From Yuukianura sp. NJ FZ-2021 (lineage: Eukaryota), in the NCBI GenBank assembly GCA_046563655.1, contig CM102283.1, forward strand, positions 6,944,001 to 7,008,000: DNA of 64,000 nucleotides, given 5' to 3'. The notes below the pieces were generated by a model. It saw only the letters and a program-made list of their open reading frames with translations. It did no database searches and was not told the origin of the DNA. The position numbers were made by a program, and so were the translations under genes. Numbering within the stretch: the stretch's first letter is position 1; each line of letters begins with the position of its first letter. Positions 1 to 7,910 of this stretch are shown piece by piece.

Positions 1-494
1 TGCCCCGTTAGAACTTGAAACGGGAGTGCGGTGTGGGGTGAACGAAAATCCGTCCACGGAAGAAGTTTTACAGATAGCTTTTCGGTGTGGCTTCTCTCAT
101 GGACGATTCGTGGGTGGAAATTCCATCCGTTGATTACGGTGTGTAACCGCCTTTATCGTCACTTACTGGATGGGTAAGAGTGTGAGATAAGGTCCTCATG
201 AAAGCATCGTATGACTGGTCTCATTCATTACAGTACATTTCTAAATTGACGCGTCTGGGCAGACGACGTCACATTCGACCTTCACCTGTTATTGCCAATG
301 TCAATGTGAGGCACGGGTAATATTGACTGCAATAAACCGTCCGTAATGATAATAGCGAAGAATAGGGAAGTTTTGTAAATCACACTGAAGCCCCCCTCCT
401 CCAAAAGTGAGCGGGGGTGTGTTCCCCCCACTTCCCCCCCCCCCGGGGTAGTGGGGGTATGTTCCCCCCACTTTCCCGCCCCCCAGGGGGTGTT

Positions 495-760
495 GACAGG
501 TGAGACGTGACAGCTGAGGCGTGACATGTGACAGGTGAGACGTGACAGGTGACACCCGGCAAGTGACAGGTGACACCCGGTATGTGAATGGTGACACCCA
601 ATTAACAGGTGACAGGTGACACCCGGCAAGGGACAGGTGACAGGTGACACCCGGCAAGGGACAGGTGACAGGTGGCACCCGGCAAGGGACAGGTGACAGG
701 TGACACCCGGCAGGTGACAGGTGACACCCGGCAAGTGACAGGTGACACCCGGTGGACACA
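495..760. repeat. Tandem repeat of GACAGGT / GACACCCGGCAAG subunits (20-27 bp units), the central array of the HINE-like element
   Basis: About 10 visible reiterations of gacaggtgacacccggcaag(g/t). Confidence 0.95.
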
Positions 761-1032
761 GTGCATGTGTAAAGTGTTATGTCAACTGCGAAATAGTTTT
801 TTTGCTAAGCAGAAAACCAAGTCCCATGCCAATTGCCTTTCCAGTCTCACAAGCAGAGTTTTTGTTACACACACTTGCATTACAAATGACCTTTGAAATC
901 CATTTTGACTCGGAAGGAGGTGACCTAGTGTCACACATTAAACCCAAAACTTGTTCTTCTCGATGAGATGAACAACTTTTGTAGAGGTCATTTTCCCGGT
1001 TACCAGGGATAAAACTGGTTGACCTTGACCTT

Positions 1033-1397
1033 TGAAGCGGACAGGGACTGACGAGGGACGGATTCGGAACTCCGGAGGAAACCGAGTGCGTAGGAATAGG
1101 TAGAGTAGGAGGACTATGTTCTCGAGATAGGATACAGAAATATTCTCATTCACAATTTTCTGTAGCGGGAGTCTCTTCCCAACCTTCAACAAGTGAACAT
1201 CTCAATAAAAGTTATTCCATTAGTTCACTTTGTTGTTTCCGACCATTTTCATTTTCTAGTTGATGTTGGCACATTAGGAGAACCTACTATTGTTGACCTC
1301 AGGTCAAATCTTCTCTCCAGGAAGATTCGACCTGAACTGCAGATTTCCCTGTAGAGGAAATCACAGTTTTGGTCTCAGGGACTGCGGGGTTGTTGCA
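1033..1397 (+). repeat. 5' LTR
   Basis: TGAAGCGG...TGTTGCA, direct repeat of 6525-6889; AATAAA at 1204-1209. Confidence 0.97.
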
Positions 1398-1398
1398 G

Positions 1399-1415
1399 TG
1401 GCGGCCGAAGGGATC
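1399..1415 (+). other. Putative primer binding site
   Basis: TGG-starting GC-rich sequence 1 nt after the 5' LTR. The cognate tRNA was not identified. Confidence 0.6.
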
Positions 1416-1669
1416 ATTCCAGTGATGTCATGTTCTCAACTGAAATGAAAGGTCAAGAGGTCAAGTGAGACTTTCCTGTAGAGAAAGGCTCGATTGAAGA
1501 CAATTGAAGAAGAAGAAGAGATAAACCGATGAGAATTTCCCTGTAGAGGAAATTCTGACCTACCAGCTGATTGATTTTCCTGTAGAGAAAAGCAATCCAG
1601 CATTGGAATAAATCAACAACCTACCTGTATTTTCCTGTAGAGAAAAGACGGGTCAGGTCAAAGGTCAAA

Positions 1670-2065
1670 TAAAGGCACGGGTGCTGCCAAAAATTTTCCA
1701 AAAATCGTTTTCACGCACGGGTGCTGCCCGATTTTTTCAAAAATTCAAACACTTTGAAATTTTCCTGAAGAGAAAAGTTCAAAGCTGAGGGACACCAAAC
1801 CAAAGGACAGAGAGCAATTCGTCGCTTATTTTGAAAAATCCTGAAGAGATTTTTCGAAAATTGAACCGATTTTCCCGTAGAGAAAATCGTTCATTGTCCA
1901 TTTGATGCCAAATTAAAGGAAGGAAGAGATTCATATAACAACCCTGACATAAAATAAAGGCACGGGTGCTGCCAAAAATTCCAAAATCAAACATTACGCA
2001 CGGGTGCTGCCCAAAAATTTTCAAAAATTCGAAATCACGCACGGGTGCTGCCCGATTTTCCAAAA
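1670..2065 (+). repeat. Five copies of GCACGGGTGCTGCC in the retrotransposon leader, within a duplicated block
   Basis: Copies near 1675, 1715, 1960, 1998 and 2039, with similar flanks (AAATAAAGGCACGGGTGCTGCCAAAAATT occurs twice). Confidence 0.85.
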
Positions 2066-2272
2066 ATTACCAAATACTTTGATTTCCCTGAAGAGGAAAT
2101 CGAAAACCCAAGGAGAGGAACAAGTTGTAACTTGGAGTTGAAGCTCCTGAAGAGAGCATCGACACCAAGACCATCTTAAAACCAATTAAAACAAACAGAA
2201 TCCTAAAAATCGACTCAGTTAACTGGATTAATTGAAATTCCTGTAGAGAATTTCGTTGTCCAGCATTAACTA

Positions 2273-3913
2273 ATGAGCAGAAGGGAAGTGAGAGATTTAG
2301 AACGAAACTCTCGTGCATTCCTACAAGGATTTAACATGGACAGACAAAACATAAATCCAATTCCTGAAGAACCAATTGATGATGATGATTTTGAAGGTGA
2401 CATGCAAATTCAGAATCCAGTAGATGAAGACACAGACTATTCAACTGGAGGTTCAGATTCAAGTTCTGTAATTCAAAGAACTGTAGCAAACCAAGTTCCT
2501 ATCGTCTCATCTGCTGCTCCAACTATCACAACCCAAGCTCTAACAGCAACATCAGGCATGCGTACTACGGGTTCTGGTCCATCCAGTTCACGTACTGTAC
2601 CGAGTGGAGCAGATTTTGTGCAAATTCCAGAATCAAGTCAAATTAATCAACAAAATCTCGCAAAATGGATCAATGAAGGATTTGCTGCTGTGGTTTCACA
2701 AGTCATGAATCCTATTCAAGCGAGTCTAACGCGATTGGATAGACGCATGCACAGAATGGAAAGTGGCAATGCAAATCCTACTGGCAGTCAATTCTACCAA
2801 TCACAATTCAACCAGAGACAGCAAATTAATCAACCTCAACAAGATTTTCTAAATGCTCTACAAGGAATTCGGCTGACAACCGTCAGTTCCGCAATTCCAA
2901 TTCCGAAATTCAACCATAAGAAAACAACAGCTTCAGACTTCTTGAAGGATGTAGAAAGATACTACAGAGCTCAACAATACAAAGAAAATGACTACTTGTA
3001 TTTGGTCAAAAACATTCTACCAAATGACGCACAAGAATGGTGGGACCATGTACGCCACAGAATTGATGACTGGGATGAATTCAAACAAGAGTTTATGGAA
3101 AAATACGACGGAGCCACCAACATCATGGAACGAATGAGGCTTTTGCAAACAAGACTTCAGCGTATCCATGAGCCGACAGAGTCTTTCATTTTCGAAATGA
3201 TGAAGATGTCAAAGGTCGTTTATCCAAATGAGCCCACAGAAATGGCAGTCGAAAGAACGCGAAATGCCCTATTTCCACAGTTGCGACTGGGTTTAGGTGC
3301 TCAAGACATTAAAACACCGGAAGCTTTAGTTAAAGCTTGTCACGTGGTTCATCGGAGCCTTGAGGCTAACGCCAGAGTTTACAAAGAGAAAATTCGCCTA
3401 CCGCCATTAAATAAACATGAATTGGAAGAATCTAAGAAAAACCATGGTCCCAAACAGAAATCTGAAGAAAACTCGACCGAGGAGTCAGAAACTGAATCCT
3501 ATCGCGGGTCAAAGTCTTTTCATGAACAACAGGGATTCAATGAAACATACAATTCAAACTCTAACCATACATTCCGCGGCGGAAGAGGAAATTTCCCTGA
3601 TAGAGGAAATTTCACTTATCGTGATGGAAGATGGAACGGAACCCCAAGAGATCACAAACCAGATGACAAACCTCAAGAAGCTAAGCCAAGTCAAAATCCA
3701 TCTGACAAAAACAAACTGGCCACCGTCCAGTGCATGAAATGCAAAGGATTTGGTCATCTTACAAAAATTTGTCCGAATAAAACAGGATTAGCACTTCCCA
3801 CTCATGATGAGGAATGGGAGACTGAGTACGAAGAGGAGTACTACGAAGAACAACTTGATGACGACAACACCAATCAAAATCCAGATTTAAACTCTCAAGG
3901 GAGACACCAATAA
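2273..3913 (+). CDS. gag: Retrotransposon Gag (546 aa) with capsid-like region and CCHC zinc knuckle
   Basis: Intact ORF. Capsid-like segment 'AQEWWDH...DWDEFKQEFMEKY'. Knuckle CMKCKGFGHLTKIC. Confidence 0.93.
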   Translation: MSRREVRDLERNSRAFLQGFNMDRQNINPIPEEPIDDDDFEGDMQIQNPVDEDTDYSTGGSDSSSVIQRTVANQVPIVSSAAPTITTQALTATSGMRTTGSGPSSSRTVPSGADFVQIPESSQINQQNLAKWINEGFAAVVSQVMNPIQASLTRLDRRMHRMESGNANPTGSQFYQSQFNQRQQINQPQQDFLNALQGIRLTTVSSAIPIPKFNHKKTTASDFLKDVERYYRAQQYKENDYLYLVKNILPNDAQEWWDHVRHRIDDWDEFKQEFMEKYDGATNIMERMRLLQTRLQRIHEPTESFIFEMMKMSKVVYPNEPTEMAVERTRNALFPQLRLGLGAQDIKTPEALVKACHVVHRSLEANARVYKEKIRLPPLNKHELEESKKNHGPKQKSEENSTEESETESYRGSKSFHEQQGFNETYNSNSNHTFRGGRGNFPDRGNFTYRDGRWNGTPRDHKPDDKPQEAKPSQNPSDKNKLATVQCMKCKGFGHLTKICPNKTGLALPTHDEEWETEYEEEYYEEQLDDDNTNQNPDLNSQGRHQ

Positions 3914-3961
3914 CCACCTCGATGTGTGTTCTCCCGATACTCAACAAAATCTCAAGAGGTG
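3886..3961 (+). promoter_or_regulatory. -1 programmed ribosomal frameshift signal (slippery T TTA AAC plus predicted H-type pseudoknot)
   Basis: Heptamer 3886-3892 is in X XXY YYZ register with gag. The -1 frame is open into pol. After a 6-nt spacer, GGGAGACAC pairs with GTG-T-TCTCCC (to 3935), and loop CACCTC (3915-3920) is complementary to GAGGTG (3956-3961). Confidence 0.8.
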
Positions 3962-5501
3962 TACCTACAATTCAAGTTAATCCAAATCAATTCAAATTCT
4001 CTGCATTCTTGGACTCAGTGTCTAAGTTTTGCGTGATGACAGAACAATTGACAAAATACATCAAATCAAGAATTAAACTTCAATTCAAAATTCAAACTAT
4101 TCTCAAATGTGACGCATCCGACAACGGCTTGGGCACTGCGCAAGTTCAAGCTATAGATGGAAAGGATCGGCCAATCTTATTCATCTCCAAAATCCTGAAG
4201 AAAACGGAACGGAGTGCACACATTTTCATTCTCTCACGAGCTCCAGTTGACAGTCATGACACTGAAGAAACGGACTATCCAGAAGAGATCGTCTGTACCT
4301 TTGTGTGTCTCTGTTACGAGACACCGACTTGGAACCAAATCAAAACTAACCAACAAAATGAAATTCAAACTTCACGTCTCAAGAAATTGTTTCGTGATGA
4401 CCCTTCAAATTCCAAGTGTACACACTTCTTAATAGAAGTTGGAACAGTGAAGCGTCAAGTCGAGATTCCGCTCAAGAGAATCAAAAAGTACTCTCTCGCA
4501 GATACTACCGAGGTTCACTCAAAAGTAGCTGAAACTCAAATTCAAAAAATGGAAATTCCGGGTTTCCAAAAATGTACATCCAGTGCGGAGGAACCTAAAC
4601 AAGTTCAGTCGGCAGGGATCGTACCAGAGTCAAACCAAACCAATATCTCAAAACAGAAGCGCGCTTTGCAAAAAATCAAGATTCCAGTTATCCTAACGTC
4701 ACTCCAAAATGAAATTCAGAAGATTTTTCATAATGCACCGGAGTCAGGTCATCTTGGAGCCAAGAAGACAAAGGAGGAAATCAAACATCGATGTTTCTGG
4801 AACAGAATGAATAAGGACACTGCTGACTACGTCAAGTCATGCAAAAATTGTCAAACGACAAAGCCAGACAATACCCTACCATCTGGGTTACTGCAACCAA
4901 CAAAATTTACATCAGCCCTTTTGAACTTAGGCAACGATTTGCCACTTCCGTTTGACAGAAATTTGGAAGCTAAAGGAAACACCAATTTTGATGAAGAAAG
5001 CGCGAAATTGACAGATTTACGCGAGAAACTTCAAGAATTAATCAAATGGATACGCGAGAACATGGAGGATGAACAGGAACAAAATAAGAAAATGTACGAC
5101 AGTTCTCATCGAGATGTTACATACGACATTGGTGATTTAGCCTTAATTCGAAATGACCCAATTCCCAAGAAGGACGATGAGATGATGCAAAAATTTTCAA
5201 AACGATGGCTAGGCCTTTTCAAAACTACATCAAAAACCGCAGACGCAAGCTACGAGTAGCAGATCCAGTCACAAACAAGAAATTCGGGAGACGTCACGTT
5301 GTGGAGCTAAAACCATTTTTTGTTCGAGAAGAAACTGTGTCAGAAATCAAGAACAATGACATTCGGAAAAGTCAACCAATTACCAGGAAGTTACGCGAGA
5401 AGAAACCAACCAGTGACATTCCGACAAGTACAGCAGTTACCAGCGAATTACGCGAAAGAAAACAAGTAAATTATAGGTCATTGGCAGGCCTACGTCATTA
5501 G
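3886..5501 (+). pseudogene. pol: Internally deleted Pol: degenerate protease, RNase H ends, integrase Zn finger and C-terminal module; no RT and no DDE core; 1-nt frameshift near 5255
   Basis: FLDSV (protease-like) runs straight into CDASDNGLG...PILFISKILKKTER (RNase H N-terminus), then LSRAP. HHCC motif H..GHLG...C..C, then LLQP joined directly to SALLNLGNDLPLPFD. The tail VADP...HVVELKPF continues in another frame (to 5501). Confidence 0.85.
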
Positions 5502-5948
5502 TTAAGTCAAAATAATAATTAATTATTAGTTAGAAAGATTTTCAAATTATTATAATATAAATCACAATGTTGATAGATTTATAATTTTCCTTCATTATTT
5601 AATTGTACTGAAATAGTATAAGTCCAGTACCTTTAGTACATTTAGTCGTTAAATTTAATGTTTCGTAAAGTAGAATCGTACGTTGACGTTAAGCAGTTTC
5701 CGCTAAGTCAGAGTATTAGTCACAACCTCACTTTCGAGCGCTAACTCACACTCATTTATCTAACTATCTCACATGCTTTCCAGATTCAGCACAGTACAGT
5801 CTAAAGATTTACTCTAATTTCCCTGTAGAGGAAATTGGAAGTCAAAAGCTAAAAATCTCCAGTAGAGAGAATTTCTACTTCTAAAAACGTGTTACTGATT
5901 TTCCTGAAGAGAAAATCGGTGTTGACTTCTCCGTAGAAGAAGTGGACA

Positions 5949-6353
5949 ATGTCAAACAAACGTGAACTGAAGAAGAAATCAAAATTATTGCCGACTTCTG
6001 ACGAAAGTGTCAAGAACACTCAATTTACTGACAAACCAATGGAAGTGACAAGCAGTCGAAACGTAACTTTACTTCAAAACAAATTGGCACAACGATATGC
6101 TGAGGAAGACATTGCTGACATAACTGATGAGTTGCAGATCAACATCTAACAACATCAGAGACAAGTTTTGACAGTTCCTACAACAATTCAACAATCTAAC
6201 TTCAAAGATTTACTCATTTGTTTCTCAAATGGACACAACAGGCAAGAATGCCCGAAAGTCAACCAACAACCGGACGCAAAAGGAATATTTTGGAAAGAAA
6301 ACAATACCGGAACCTCTATTTTGAACAATGTCCAGTCCACAGAATTCATTTGA
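5949..6353 (+). pseudogene. Possible extra 3' ORF of the retrotransposon, with one in-frame stop and a degenerate zinc knuckle
   Basis: ORFs 5949-6149 and 6168-6353 are in the same frame, separated only by TAA at 6147-6149. LICFSNGHNRQECP resembles a CCHC knuckle lacking its first Cys. Confidence 0.4.
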
Positions 6354-6524
6354 CTCAAAGAACTAACATGAAAAAACGGGAGAAACTTAAGACAAAACGT
6401 GGGAATTCTGGACGTGTCGAGTGGAAACGAGACGATAAGAAGACGAAGATTTTATCCGCTGGTCGAGGTCGGAGGACCGTGCATGGAGATGGCGCTGATG
6501 GAGGCGCGTTTCGCGGGCGCAATA

Positions 6525-6889
6525 TGAAGCGGACAGGGACTGACGAGGGACGGATTCGGAACTCCGGAGGAAACCGAGTGCGTAGGAATAGGTAGAGTAG
6601 GAGGACTATGTTCTCGAGATAGGATACAGAAATATTCTCATTCACAATTTTCTGTAGCGGGAGTCTCTTCCCAACCTTCAACAAGTGAACATCTCAATAA
6701 AAGTTATTCCATTAGTTCACTTTGTTGTTTCCGACCATTTTCATTTTCTAGTTGATGTTGGCACATTAGGAGAACCTACTATTGTTGACCTCAGGTCAAA
6801 TCTTCTCTCCAGGAAGATTCGACCTGAACTGCAGATTTCCCTGTAGAGGAAATCACAGTTTTGGTCTCAGGGACTGCGGGGTTGTTGCA
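6525..6889 (+). repeat. 3' LTR
   Basis: Direct repeat of 1033-1397, followed by TSD CCTT. Confidence 0.97.
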
Positions 6890-7910
6890 CCTTTGACCCG
6901 GAAGGAGTTGACACCCGGGGGTCATATTCAATAGTGACCAAGCCCGGGTCATGACATGGTCACCGGTGAAAACCGGAATGAAATCGGACCAGTAGTTTCT
7001 GAGATAATTAATCTGGACAGACAGACGGACAGACAGACAGACAAACCACTTTTATCACAATAGCTTCGCTATTATAATAAGTGGTTCACTTGGAGAAAGG
7101 TGATAATTAGTCATCATCAAATGTGTTAATTACATTTACATAAAAATAATGCGTCCAACTAGACGAATTTAACATCGGAAAAGCAAATATGCAATAAGAT
7201 TAATTCGGTGTTCAGGTTGCCTTGACCTTTAACCTGTGAGACAAATGGGTAGGGAAGCGTCACTTTGGAGTGAGCTGTGGACTGCATGCTTCCGTCCTCT
7301 AGTGAGTTCTGAGGTAGGAGAAGGTGAGTGAAACTTACCTTCTCCTACCACAAAAACACAGCCGACAATCAATTTAAATGCTAATTTAAAACTCAATTAA
7401 CGTTCACTACCTAAATTAAACCTACTTTACAATTATCTGAATTAAATAAACGACTCTAACTTACCTTGATATCACCCCTAAATTAAAACTGCCAAGTTCT
7501 TAAAAAGTGTTTTATGTCTGCGGTCGACTATGTATTTTGTCAGAAATAGGAGAGCATCAGCCACTTTTTCACACATGAAGATCTTACAAGCCAAAGTGAA
7601 ACGCGGGGAACCTCTGGTGGACTACAACTACAACCGATCTTTACAGGTAACGTGGTTTGATTTTTGTTCGAAATATTTGTGAAATGGTGATCCCACCATA
7701 CTCACTTGAACTGCAATTCGAAATTCAATTTCATCGTTCACCTTTGTTTGAAATTTAAGCCTATTATCTTATCTTTAGTATAAAAATATTTGAGTACGGC
7801 TAGCAATCTGTAATGAGTAAGCAGCCGGAAGGACATGGGTAGATGAACACTGTATCATGGTTTTACATTTGCTGGTTGCTCAACTTGCAGGCTGAGACTT
7901 AATAGTAAAC

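Larger units (their letters stand above)
1033..6889 (+). mobile_element. Ty3/gypsy-type LTR retrotransposon, recently inserted, non-autonomous (pol deleted for RT and the integrase core)
   Basis: Two 365-bp TG...CA LTRs, identical by eye. 4-bp TSD CCTT (1029-1032 and 6890-6893). PBS-like TGGCGGCCGAAGGGATC just after the 5' LTR. Gag with a CCHC knuckle. Pol remnants in PR-RH-IN order. Confidence 0.95.
320..7080 (-). mobile_element. DINE-1/HINE-like non-autonomous Helentron (about 0.9 kb), interrupted by the LTR retrotransposon at 1033-6889
   Basis: 12-bp subterminal inverted repeats: ATAATAGCGAAG (349-360) and CTTCGCTATTAT (7064-7075). Short palindrome AATAGC-ttc-GCTATT (7059-7073). (GTCY)n microsatellite on the minus strand (7016-7043) followed by ATCTCAGAAACTA, as in DINE-1 5' cores. 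Central tandem repeat (497-757). Small terminal hairpin TATTG-actg-CAATA (321-334). Exact ends are uncertain. Confidence 0.75.

Noticed and set aside
1-300. GC-richer stretch that might be a coding fragment
   Set aside because: The frames checked have stops within about 45 codons and no recognisable motif; it is also truncated by the window edge.
282-966. ORFs with repeated CHL/VTC peptides that look like metal-binding proteins
   Set aside because: They are translations of the GACAGGT tandem array and G/C runs of the HINE-like element, open in several frames because of low complexity.
938-1192. Duplicated antisense ORF MLKVGKRLPLQ... (also at 6355-6684)
   Set aside because: The duplication just reflects the two LTRs. 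It has a non-ATG start and no recognisable domain.
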